A DNA stretch of 64,000 nt from Alphaproteobacteria bacterium (GCA_965232465.1 OZ246977.1:1348649-1412648); one strand, 5' to 3'; positions 39,601-48,294 are shown, numbered from the stretch's first letter. The notes: generated by a model from the sequence alone, not told the origin. Numbers and translations are program-made.

Positions 39601-41924
39601 GCACCGCCACATACGCCTTGACAGCATCGGGGACAACGGCGGGTACGACCACAGGAGCTAGTGCTATCACCGTAGCGTCGAGCGATGGTAAGATTGGCAA
39701 AACCACTAAGAGTGGGGTGGTAAAAGTCAAGGTTACCTATGCCGCCAACGACAAATATGAAACGATGACCCGGGATGTGGATGTAACCATCAATAAGCAA
39801 GCGGGCACAGGGGCATTAACTATGGGGAACCTTGTGATACCGTATGGGGGGTCTGGGGATACAAAAGTAAGCACCGCCACCATAACAGGGAAATTGGGTG
39901 TACCCAGTGCCGGTGGTTTAGGGGCAAAATCGGATTGGACCTTAAAAAGCCTAGCGGATACGGATAGTAATTCGAATCTTACTGAAACGGATAGTGGCAA
40001 GACTTTGACCATATCCGGAGCAATCACCACCAGTACAACGGTTACCGCCACCTTCGAAAGTGATAAATACACGGATAAGTCCGCCACCTTTGAACTATCG
40101 ACTGGTGCCGGGGCAATGAGCACCGGCGATACCCGGACGGGACTATCCGGTAAATGGGGTATAGGGTTTAGCACAGCGGCGGATTATAAATTAAAACTGT
40201 CTGATAGTGTGGGCGATACGAGCGTAACCTTTACAAAAGGTGCCACCTCAACGCCGGGCGATTATACCTTCTCTATCGTTACGGGGAATGTGCCAAGTGA
40301 TGCACCGTCGGGGGCAAAAGCGACCACCACCAGTATCCTTGACACATCGAAAACGGCGATTAACGCCAACACTGGGGCTATTAATGCGGCGGCACTGGTC
40401 AAATCGGGCGACCTGTTGGTAAAAATCGTCCGCAAAGCCAAAAGCGGATTGCCCGCATTAACAGATTATGAAAATATTACCGTAACCAAACAGGATAGCA
40501 GCGACCACACCGGATTTACTGTATCGGCTGGGGCGATTACATGGAACGCCAATAGCCAAACGGTTTCGTATACAGAAAATGCCAGCAAACCTGCGGGTAT
40601 TGGCACCGCCACATATGCCTTAATAGATACAGGTACAACCGCCGGTACTGTAGCGGGCGGTAAAGGCACTATCGAAGTAACTTTGAGCAATGGTAAAATT
40701 GCAAAAACTGTCCGTAGTGGGGTGGTAAAAGTTAGGATTACCTATGCAGCCAACGATAAATACGCACAAATGACCCGAGATGTGGATGTACCCATCAATA
40801 AACAAACGGCAGCAGGGACGCTTAGTATGGCAAATCTTGTTGTACCCTATACATCCGGCAATAAAACAGTAAGCACCGCCGATATACTGGGGCAAATGAC
40901 TGCTCCAACAGGAACACAAAAAGCCGATTGGACCCTAAAAAGCCTAGCAGATACAGATAGTAATGGAAACCTTGCCATTGATGTGGGTGGAAAGAGTATA
41001 ACCATATCGGGGACAATACCCGCAGGGACAACAGTTACCGCTGTATTTGAAAGTGTCAAATATAATGATAAAACCGGTATAACCTTTGAACTATCCACAA
41101 GCAAAGGGACAATGAGTTCTGGCACCCGTACGGGATTATCGGGTAAATGGGGTACAGGCTTTACTAGTTCTACGAATGTGGATTATAAGTTAAAACTTTC
41201 TGATACAGTTGGGGATACAACAGTAACCTTTACAAAAGGTACAACAACGAATGCCGGCGATTACACCTTTACTATTTTACCCACCAGTGCTGGCAGTAAA
41301 GGGGGTAAAGACGCTACCACCTCAGGTATCGCATTAACCGGGGCAATTAACGCTAATACAGGGGCTATTGATGGGACAAAACTGACAAAATCAGGGAAAT
41401 TGTTAGTAAAAATTGTCCGTAAAGCCAAAGGGGGATTATCCGAAATCACCGATTATGAAAATATTATTGTGACGAAACAAGTACTAACACCAGCGGTTGC
41501 TTCTTCTGTAAAATCAGTCCAAGCTCCTGGAGCACTTCATACCATGACGCAAGCGGGTACGGCAAGTGATCCCTTTGCAACAGCATCACGGCAACTATAT
41601 CCGATCAGCAAATTAATATCTGTACCCAGTGGATTAGGCACACCAACTGTTACAGTAACTTGGACTGAATCGGGCAATTTGCAAACACAAGGATTAGGTG
41701 TTAGTGTCATTAACGACAGACTAGGAGCCCCAGATTTTAATATAATGAACAGCAATAAAGGGACAACAATTCCTAACGCATTACAAAGAAATATTTTTGA
41801 TTTTTTCAATAGGGACGCAACAAATACTGTACAACTTATCTTTACCTTTACCAACCCTGATACAGATAAGTACGATCTAACACAATCGGTTATTAATGTA
41901 TATATAAAAGGAAATGCCGGATAA
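36663..41924 (+). CDS. Giant surface protein, putative inverse autotransporter (intimin/invasin-type beta-barrel plus bacterial Ig-like repeats)
   Basis: Signal peptide MKKSLWATASVIVLAYTTPVFT. The N-terminal ~250 aa align by eye with the intimin beta-barrel. About 1400 aa of Big_2-like Ig modules follow in four ~1-kb tandem units, then a unique ~150-aa C-terminus. ATG 36663 has a GAGGA ribosome-binding site 10 nt upstream; ATG 36654 is an alternative. The track start at 36564 is a TTG running through the poly(A) and is rejected. Confidence 0.65.
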   Translation: MKKSLWATASVIVLAYTTPVFTDDTDKVVNATGNMFMDSINRTGFFEWISGGVGYTDKTLNWDITAFSNLSETKDTVTYLQTSYNRQKSVNRLNLGLGYRKRIDTTATPLIVGVNAFFDSKDGTKNILAFKASDNFQRFSVGAELKTARFDMAANLYRRIGNTIIDDKKVLQGWDITAKGNIPNYEQVSVGVGTYRFDGVEDTVVRGNKLIAEFTPNAVVTVRGTYDKPNGESAQTDISVDFKLAFDKSIQDQLKSAPVSGTDAVWHKRYDKVERHYDIKTAEAQSTPTLGTAISSADLATNNISSGDGTTEQSAYALQNSQNYEILNFAGTIDSTDTIEVTVAKVSGDGVKGTDFQLYASDGTTVIALADVTADSKFEDKAGGREATLQFTFSADGFKDRVVFVKTNSTFTGTLTMADLVLPYASGTVTVSTADILGKLTVSGSQTQKSDWTIKSLTDTDSHANLTVNGKTLTVSGTIGSPTTVTAVFEHPEYADQTKTFELSTGAGTLGGTPTGLSGKWGKTFAVDYKLKTSDTVGDVTVSFDTGADFSFKILPRTDGSKGGKTATTAGIIDTSKTAINASTGAINGAALTKSGTLLVEIVRAAKGGLPELTVYENITVNKQVLGTDVTTIPTISLNSGDNKWKTGNSKFDLKYTNLPGGLAANAFSWAVAKKTGAAPSGTVRIDNDGKISGATSAGTVVITLTAKGDKYSGSLTLADFAIAKQTTTDTLTMADLVISYSDGDGNKVVSTAEILGQLSVSGGQTQKSQWTLVSVADTDNNGDLAVTGGGKTLTISDEIKTKTTVTATLSHPAYENKTATFELSTEPSKISTTAPSGSGKWGKSYTTNYNLRRTVGSVTFTNADYTFSIVPTGDDGSGKTPTTSGIVASGQNAISNPRTGAIDASKLTKSGTLLIKIVRAAKGAGAARVDAVTEYQNFTVSKQDSTDHTGFTVSAGAIAWATASTAVTYTLTNGPAGIGTATYALTASGTTAGTTTGASAITVASSDGKIGKTTKSGVVKVKVTYAANDKYETMTRDVDVTINKQAGTGALTMGNLVIPYGGSGDTKVSTATITGKLGVPSAGGLGAKSDWTLKSLADTDSNSNLTETDSGKTLTISGAITTSTTVTATFESDKYTDKSATFELSTGAGAMSTGDTRTGLSGKWGIGFSTAADYKLKLSDSVGDTSVTFTKGATSTPGDYTFSIVTGNVPSDAPSGAKATTTSILDTSKTAINANTGAINAAALVKSGDLLVKIVRKAKSGLPALTDYENITVTKQDSSDHTGFTVSAGAITWNANSQTVSYTENASKPAGIGTATYALIDTGTTAGTVAGGKGTIEVTLSNGKIAKTVRSGVVKVRITYAANDKYAQMTRDVDVPINKQTAAGTLSMANLVVPYTSGNKTVSTADILGQMTAPTGTQKADWTLKSLADTDSNGNLAIDVGGKSITISGTIPAGTTVTAVFESVKYNDKTGITFELSTSKGTMSSGTRTGLSGKWGTGFTSSTNVDYKLKLSDTVGDTTVTFTKGTTTNAGDYTFTILPTSAGSKGGKDATTSGIALTGAINANTGAIDGTKLTKSGKLLVKIVRKAKGGLSEITDYENIIVTKQVLTPAVASSVKSVQAPGALHTMTQAGTASDPFATASRQLYPISKLISVPSGLGTPTVTVTWTESGNLQTQGLGVSVINDRLGAPDFNIMNSNKGTTIPNALQRNIFDFFNRDATNTVQLIFTFTNPDTDKYDLTQSVINVYIKGNAG
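37899..41480 (+). repeat. Four diverged ~0.95-1.0-kb tandem coding repeats inside the adhesin gene
   Basis: Unit starts near 37899, 38851, 39808 and 40811; each begins T/ALTMADLV-type and ends ENITV(T/N)KQ. Units 2 and 3 carry an extra ~100-aa Ig-like sub-module. Confidence 0.8.
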
Positions 41925-41940
41925 TACTTTTAAATTTATA

Positions 41941-41963
41941 AAGGGGCTTAGCCCCTTTTTATT
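41941..41963 (+). terminator. Rho-independent terminator after the adhesin gene
   Basis: aggggc-tta-gcccct hairpin followed by a T-run. Confidence 0.7.
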
Positions 41964-42000
41964 GTTCATATATTGACAAAATACATTACGATATAATTAC

Positions 42001-42271
42001 TTGATTCAATATATAGTCAATTCGGCATAAAATGATTCACCATAATTATACTGCACATTTTATTTTGTTGGTTATATGGTGAATCTAAGGGGCTAACGCC
42101 CCAGCTTCTCTGTACATTCTTGCGTTTAATGTGGATTTACCCATGCTTTGCATGACAAAAACCCACACATGTTCACCCCACTTTGCACCCCGATCGGACA
42201 CCACAATGCCACTATGGGGCAGGCGGTTGCAACCGCATTTTGTCAATCAAATTATATTTGATTGACTATAT
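42001..42271. mobile_element. MITE-like non-coding repeat, copy A (271 bp), with 11-bp terminal inverted repeats ATATAGTCAAT
   Basis: Left end atatagtcaat (42001-42011) and right end attgactatat (42261-42271). Internal 25-bp perfect palindrome gtcaatcaaattatatttgattgac (42242-42266). The ~80-bp left module is repeated at 50155-50240. TA dinucleotides flank both ends. Confidence 0.5.
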
Positions 42272-42427
42272 GATATGCTTTACAATCAGGATTGATTTCT
42301 GATTGTGTAGTATGTGATCTCCTGCTTCTTTTCGTCATAAGTAAGTCTCCTTAGTGTTAAATGTGGTATATGCTGAATATAACACATAGGGTAATAAATA
42401 ACACTTACACAAATTTCATGACAGACT

Positions 42428-45058
42428 CTACAATTTTTCAAGGACTAATTTAGTTTTTTTCACAATTTGCTGGGCATCTGCCAAAGATTTTTTATCTTTT
42501 TCGATGATATGGGTGGGGGCTTGGGATAAGTATCCTGCGTTGCTTAATTTTCCCGAAAACTTTTTCACATCGCCTTGGGCTTTTTTCAATACTTTGCTTA
42601 GCCGTGTGATTTCTGCATCTGTATCAATGGCACCATCGAAAGGGATAAACACTGTGGCACCATCTTGTAAGAATTGCCCCGCCCCTTGAATCGGTGTATC
42701 AATCTGTATAATCGGGTTGGTTTTTGCCAGTTTTTGTATCAAATCTGCATGCGTTTGCAATGCTTGATGCCGATCAGTGTGTACACCCATAACTTTTACA
42801 TCAATAGTATTTTGGGCGGGAATGTTCATTTCTATGCGGATTGAGCGTAATTTTGTAATAAAGCGTTTGATATAATCAATTTCATCTTGGGCAACCTTAT
42901 CTGTATTATCCGCTGATTGTTGTAACCACCCTGCCCCGATAAGAGCTGTATCTTTGGTACCAAACTCTGTCCATAATTCTTCGGTAATAAAGGGAATCAT
43001 TGGGTGCAGAAGTTTTAAAATATGTTGATACACCCAGCCCATTGTATGGCGGGTTTCGATAATAATATTATCGTTTTCTGATCGATATAAAGACTTGGAA
43101 AATTCTACATACCAATCACAAAATGTCCCGCGGACAAAATGATATAATACATTGGAAGCTTCCGAAAAACGATAAGATTCGATGGCTTTTTCGAAATTGT
43201 CTTTTGCTTGTATTAAATCAGCAATAATCCAGCGGTTAATAGGGCTATTTGGACTGGCTATATCAAAGTCCTTGGGGGCATACGCTTTGTTTATTTCACA
43301 AAACTTGCCCGCATTCCAAATTTTGGTTAAGAATCCTTTTGAACCTTCGACCCGTGATGTACTGAATTTAATGTCTTTTCCTGGTGTAGAAAGGCTAGAT
43401 AATGTAAACCGTAAAGCATCCGTTCCATATTGTTTAATCAAGATTAGAGGATCGATAACATTGCCTTTTGACTTGGACATTTTTGCCCCTTTTTCATCCA
43501 ATACTAAGGCATGTACGACCACCGTATGAAAGGGTTCAACCCCCATAAAGTGAATTCCCATCATCATCATACGGGCAACCCAGAAAAACAAAATATCAAA
43601 TCCTGTTACCAAAATATCATTTTGATAATATCTGTCTAATTCAGGGGTATTTTCTGGCCAGCCCAATGTGGAAAACGGCCACAAGGCGGATGAAAACCAA
43701 GTGTCCAAAACATCACTGTCTCTTTTCAATACCACATCATCACCAAACTGTACTTTTGCCTGTGTATACGCATCTTGTTTTGTATCCGCCACAAATACAG
43801 TGCCATCTGGTGCATACCAAGCGGGAATCTGATGTCCCCACCACAATTGACGGGAAATACACCATGGTTGGATATTATCCATCCAGTCAAAATATGTTTT
43901 TGTCCAATTTTCGGGAATAATTTTTGTACATCCTGATTTAACCGCTTCAATGGCGGGTTGTGCCAATTTTTCTGCATCCATATACCACTGATCGGTCAAA
44001 AAGGGTTCAATCGGCACCCCCCCTCTGTCCCCATAAGGTACTGTGTGGGTATATTCTTCCACATGATTTAAATATCCAAGTACTTCCATATCTTCAACCA
44101 CTTTTTGACGACAGATAAACCTTTCGAGTCCTCTGTATTTATTTGGTACATTATCATTCATATACCCATTTTTGGTTAAGATATTGATACTTTCCAAGTC
44201 TTGGCGTTTGCCCACTTCAAAATCATTAAAATCATGGGCGGGTGTTATCTTTACCGCCCCTGTGCCTTGTTGGGGATCGGCATATGCATCGGCAACAATG
44301 GGAATATACTTACCCGTAAGCGGTTGAATACACATCTTACCCACCAAATCTGTATACCGTTCGTCATCAGGATGCACAGCAACACCCGTATCACCAAGCA
44401 TGGTTTCCGGGCGAGTGGTACCCACCGTAATAAAGGTGTTTTCAAGCCCTACAATAGGATAGTTAAAAAACCACATATGTCCATTGACTTCTGTTTGAAT
44501 CACTTCTAAGTCAGAAATTGCTGTTTCCAGTTTTACATCCCAATTCACCAGCCGTTTGTCACGGTATATAAGCCCTTGGTTATACAATTCGACAAAAACT
44601 TTGACAACCGCCTTACTCAGCCCTTCATCCATGGTAAAGCGTTCATGATTCCAATCGGTGGAATTGCCCAATCTGCGTTGTTGTTGGACAATCTGTCCGC
44701 CAGATTGGCGTTTCCATTCCCACACTTTTTCCAAGAACCTATCCCGTCCCAAATCATGGCGTTTAAGTCCTTGTTTATTGAGCATCCTCTCGACCACCAT
44801 TTGTGTGGCAATACCCGCATGGTCTGTCCCTGGTACCCACAAAGTGTCAAAACCTTGCATGCGCTTATACCTTATAATAATATCTTGCATAGTATTATTT
44901 AACGCATGACCCATATGTAAATTGCCTGTTACATTAGGGGGGGGAATGACCACAGAAAATGGTGTCCCCACACCAGAAGGGGTAAAATATCCCCCTTGTT
45001 CCCATTTGTCATATATATCTTGTTCCCGATTCGCATGCAAAAAGGTTTTGTCTAACAT
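42428..45058 (-). CDS. valS: Valine--tRNA ligase
   Basis: 876-aa class I aaRS with HMGHALNNTMQD (HIGH) and KMSKSKGN (KMSKS) motifs and a C-terminal coiled coil. Confidence 0.95.
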   Translation of the reverse strand: MLDKTFLHANREQDIYDKWEQGGYFTPSGVGTPFSVVIPPPNVTGNLHMGHALNNTMQDIIIRYKRMQGFDTLWVPGTDHAGIATQMVVERMLNKQGLKRHDLGRDRFLEKVWEWKRQSGGQIVQQQRRLGNSTDWNHERFTMDEGLSKAVVKVFVELYNQGLIYRDKRLVNWDVKLETAISDLEVIQTEVNGHMWFFNYPIVGLENTFITVGTTRPETMLGDTGVAVHPDDERYTDLVGKMCIQPLTGKYIPIVADAYADPQQGTGAVKITPAHDFNDFEVGKRQDLESINILTKNGYMNDNVPNKYRGLERFICRQKVVEDMEVLGYLNHVEEYTHTVPYGDRGGVPIEPFLTDQWYMDAEKLAQPAIEAVKSGCTKIIPENWTKTYFDWMDNIQPWCISRQLWWGHQIPAWYAPDGTVFVADTKQDAYTQAKVQFGDDVVLKRDSDVLDTWFSSALWPFSTLGWPENTPELDRYYQNDILVTGFDILFFWVARMMMMGIHFMGVEPFHTVVVHALVLDEKGAKMSKSKGNVIDPLILIKQYGTDALRFTLSSLSTPGKDIKFSTSRVEGSKGFLTKIWNAGKFCEINKAYAPKDFDIASPNSPINRWIIADLIQAKDNFEKAIESYRFSEASNVLYHFVRGTFCDWYVEFSKSLYRSENDNIIIETRHTMGWVYQHILKLLHPMIPFITEELWTEFGTKDTALIGAGWLQQSADNTDKVAQDEIDYIKRFITKLRSIRIEMNIPAQNTIDVKVMGVHTDRHQALQTHADLIQKLAKTNPIIQIDTPIQGAGQFLQDGATVFIPFDGAIDTDAEITRLSKVLKKAQGDVKKFSGKLSNAGYLSQAPTHIIEKDKKSLADAQQIVKKTKLVLEKL

Positions 45059-45147
45059 AAATATTTCCTTATTATATCAAACTGTTTTATCAACGCTTTA
45101 ATTTTAAAAATCGTTACATATGCGTTTCTTTAAATCCAGAGAATATA

Positions 45148-46416
45148 TTATAAATCGCTAAATTTATCAACCGTCATGTTACCTGTTATGGTTAATATAT
45201 CGACAATTGCCAAAGCGTATTGTTTTAATCCTGTCACATATTGTTGGGTGGCATTGATTTCGGCTTCTATTTTTTCCAACAATGCATCAGAGGTGGATTG
45301 TCCTGCGTTATATTTCACCTGTTCCGTCTCAACCGCCACTTTGTTTGCTTGTACAGTGATTAAATTGGCATCCAACAGATTTTTTTGTGTCACATACACC
45401 TGCCAAAATTGCCGTAAGGTATTACGGACTGTGTTTTGTTCTACTTTTAGGCGAATGGCATTATTGCCCAGATTCAAGGTGGTTTTTTCAGTCTTTAGGC
45501 GGTTACTTTTGTTCACATCAAATGTTATGTTGTATTGAAGGTTAATTGTATTGTTTAATTCCCCCCCATCGATGATATTTTTACGGCTTGATGCGGATAA
45601 AGTAACCGTACCTTTGCGTTCCGCATGTTCGGATGCAAGGGTATTTTTCAGTTTATCCCTATTATTAATAAGGATTTTTAAATCCGGATTGTGAACAAAT
45701 GCCTGTTCGATGGCCATATCAAGGCTAGCAGGCAATGATACTTTCGACAAATCAGGAATCGGCAAGTTTTCAGGAGCTTTAAACCCAACAATCCGTTCGA
45801 ATTCTTGTTCGATATTACTTAATTGCACTTCTAAGCCAATACGGGTGGCTTTAATGCGGGCAAATTTTGCCTGTGAATTCAATTTTACAGATTCGGACAA
45901 AGTGCCATTTTGAAAATTGATATTATCGCGTATCATCGCAGATTCAGCGGATTTTTCGCTCTGTAGTTGCGTTTCATATTGCCGTCTTAATTCGATAAGC
46001 GAAAAATAAGTATTTATAATTGTTTTAATGACCGAAGTTTCTGTTTTATAATATGTCAAGTCCGCATTTTTTTCGTCGATGAGTGCATTTTCATAAGCTA
46101 ATTCTTCACGTCCAAATGTGTATGCCGTCCAGCGCCCCGATAAGGTTGCAGAAGATGCATTGCCATCACGATTTACAGATTCCAATCCACCTGTAAATCG
46201 GTTGCTGGCATCCACAGATAGCGACAATGTGGGTTTAAGTTCCGCCACCAATCGTTCTGTATCCAGCTTAGTCGTGTCCCGTACCGCCCGTGCCAAATTA
46301 ATTTCATCCAATGTATTTAATGCCAAATTTAAGGCATTATAAAATGTAACCGGCTGTGCATAAGACACCCCCAAAAAGGTAAATATACCCATGCTGATAA
46401 GTTTCGTTTTTAACAT
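45148..46416 (-). CDS. TolC-family outer membrane efflux channel
   Basis: Signal peptide followed by two tandem TolC-like helical/barrel repeats. Confidence 0.75.
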   Translation of the reverse strand: MLKTKLISMGIFTFLGVSYAQPVTFYNALNLALNTLDEINLARAVRDTTKLDTERLVAELKPTLSLSVDASNRFTGGLESVNRDGNASSATLSGRWTAYTFGREELAYENALIDEKNADLTYYKTETSVIKTIINTYFSLIELRRQYETQLQSEKSAESAMIRDNINFQNGTLSESVKLNSQAKFARIKATRIGLEVQLSNIEQEFERIVGFKAPENLPIPDLSKVSLPASLDMAIEQAFVHNPDLKILINNRDKLKNTLASEHAERKGTVTLSASSRKNIIDGGELNNTINLQYNITFDVNKSNRLKTEKTTLNLGNNAIRLKVEQNTVRNTLRQFWQVYVTQKNLLDANLITVQANKVAVETEQVKYNAGQSTSDALLEKIEAEINATQQYVTGLKQYALAIVDILTITGNMTVDKFSDL

Positions 46417-46560
46417 GATAATCTCACTATTTGATAAATAATTGTCTACAGAATAATATGTCCCATTGTACTATATTTTTGCCATTCTAACAACATTATT
46501 TTAAAATAAAGGCTTGACCTGTTATGGGATTTTATTGTACAAGAAAACACAATTTAACAA

Positions 46561-46634
46561 GGCGCGGTGGCGGAGAGGCTACGCAGAGGACTGCAAATCC
46601 TCGTACACCGGTTCGAATCCGGTCCGCGCCTCCA
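46561..46634 (+). tRNA. tRNA-Cys (anticodon GCA)
   Basis: GGCGCGG acceptor, anticodon loop GGACTGCAAATCC, T-arm GGTTCGAATCC, 3' CCA. Confidence 0.9.
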
Positions 46635-46659
46635 AATATCCCCCCCTATTTTAACCGAT

Positions 46660-48294
46660 TTACAAAGTACCTTGTTTAATATGCGTAGGCAGTGATAGTA
46701 TCGTATTGTGTATTTCGTATATGTTTGAAACAGTTTTAAGGTGCATGTTGCTGGAATGGGCGGTGACTGTGTCGCCGACTGATAGGCGTTTTAGGTGGCG
46801 GTGTAGGCTTTTTTGATAATTGCCCTGCATAATCTGTTGTTGTTTGGTAATTTCGTCCGTTTGGGTATCACCCCCACGATTGCCCATCAACACATCAAAC
46901 ATCAACAGCGTACCCTGTCGCAGTTGTTCATACATGACCTTAATTTCTTGCCAGCCTTTTTCTGAAAATAATATCTTATTGGTGTACTTTTCCTTTGCCA
47001 AATCCATAAATACCCCTGATACCAACTCAGATGCCTTGCTTAATTCCACCGCATACGATATGTATTCCCGTATCTTCCTTGCCTCATCCTTGGTGAGTGT
47101 CCCTTTGGGAATGTCCGTATAAAACTGTTTTAAATCCTCAACCCGTTGCTGAATATTGGTATGGGATTTTTGCATACATTCGGTGATATTCGTGTTGTAA
47201 TTACGGTACGACTCTTCCACCAAACTGACGCTGTTTGCCAAGGTGTCTAGGATAAATAAAATTTCCTTGCTCACATACCCATGAATCGTCACACTGTCCA
47301 CACCCTCCCGTTGGGCTATGGATAAAATACCATTGGTATCTGTCTGTGTATCAATGGGATTGTCATAGTGTTGTGCTATATTGATAATCTTGGGGATAAA
47401 TGGTATCCATACCATTAAGGCAAAGTTAAATACCATATGCGTATAAATAAGCGATTGCTCCTGCAACCCAAACAAATATGCCTGTACCGTATCGGGGGCA
47501 TATCGTACTATGCCGATTAACACAAGTACACACATAACCGCCATTACACCCCGTAGTATCATGATAAGTTTTGGGACTGTGCTTTCGTCTTTTTCCCCAC
47601 CCCGTGTCATCCAGTAGGCTATAAACGCACTGCCCAAGTTTGCCCCTAGTATAAACGCTATTCCTGGAACAGCGGATAAGCTACCCGTATGTACGAGGGT
47701 TACCAAGGTTAAAATAGACGCCACACTGGAATGCATGGCAAAAGTAAGCACCGCCCCCACGATAAATGCCAACAATAAATCAGATTCAAAATAATAGACA
47801 ATATCCACAAACAACGGCATACTTGCCACCGGGGCAATAGCGGATTTTAACATTTGTAGGGACAGAATAATCAACCCCATACCAAACAAGATATGTCCGA
47901 TGTGTTTACGGTGGGCACTGTCAGACTTCAAATGCATCCACCCGCCAATGGCTAGCAACACAGGAATGAACCCAGATATATCAAAGGTAAGCACCCGAAG
48001 CACAATAGCCGAGCCCACATCCGCCCCTATGGCAACGGCAAGAGCAATGGCAAGCGGAATAATCCCTGTTGCCACCAACCCAGAGGTCAACACGATCACC
48101 GCCGTAGCCCCCTGCATGGCGATGGCAAGCACCGCCCCCAATGCAACTGCCCGTATATTACCATACTTGGTCATAAGTACATTGGCAATCAAACCACCAT
48201 ACGCTTTCTTAACAGACGACCGAACCATGTTAATCGATACCAACATCAACATCACACCCGCCATCAACGAAAATATAAATTCTAATAATATCAT
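46660..48294 (-). CDS. Na+/phosphate cotransporter family protein (NptA/YjbB-like, with PhoU-like C-terminal domain)
   Basis: Two Na/Pi-cotransporter repeats (N-terminal MILLEFIFSLMAGVMLMLVSINMVRSSVKKAYGG) and a cytoplasmic PhoU-like C-terminal half. Confidence 0.75.
   Translation of the reverse strand: MILLEFIFSLMAGVMLMLVSINMVRSSVKKAYGGLIANVLMTKYGNIRAVALGAVLAIAMQGATAVIVLTSGLVATGIIPLAIALAVAIGADVGSAIVLRVLTFDISGFIPVLLAIGGWMHLKSDSAHRKHIGHILFGMGLIILSLQMLKSAIAPVASMPLFVDIVYYFESDLLLAFIVGAVLTFAMHSSVASILTLVTLVHTGSLSAVPGIAFILGANLGSAFIAYWMTRGGEKDESTVPKLIMILRGVMAVMCVLVLIGIVRYAPDTVQAYLFGLQEQSLIYTHMVFNFALMVWIPFIPKIINIAQHYDNPIDTQTDTNGILSIAQREGVDSVTIHGYVSKEILFILDTLANSVSLVEESYRNYNTNITECMQKSHTNIQQRVEDLKQFYTDIPKGTLTKDEARKIREYISYAVELSKASELVSGVFMDLAKEKYTNKILFSEKGWQEIKVMYEQLRQGTLLMFDVLMGNRGGDTQTDEITKQQQIMQGNYQKSLHRHLKRLSVGDTVTAHSSNMHLKTVSNIYEIHNTILSLPTHIKQGTL

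Noticed and set aside
37899-41480. Whether the ~1-kb tandem repeats are a CRISPR array or satellite DNA.
   Set aside because: The repeats are long, in-frame and protein-coding Ig-like modules. There is no short repeat/spacer architecture anywhere in the window.
37173-41854. Numerous antisense and off-frame ORFs of 60-210 aa inside the adhesin gene, such as 38246-38878, 39257-39730 and 39737-40174.
   Set aside because: They are artefacts of the GC-enriched, repeat-rich coding sequence. They have no ribosome-binding sites, and their low-complexity Pro/Ala/Val translations mirror the sense strand.
42001-42427. This intergenic region as a riboswitch, tmRNA, SRP RNA or RNase P RNA.
   Set aside because: No conserved core motifs of these RNAs are recognisable. 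The duplicated terminal-repeat-bounded structure fits a MITE better. A novel small RNA cannot be excluded.
46417-46560. A sigma-70 promoter for tRNA-Cys at TTGACC (46517).
   Set aside because: No acceptable -10 hexamer lies at 16-18 bp spacing.
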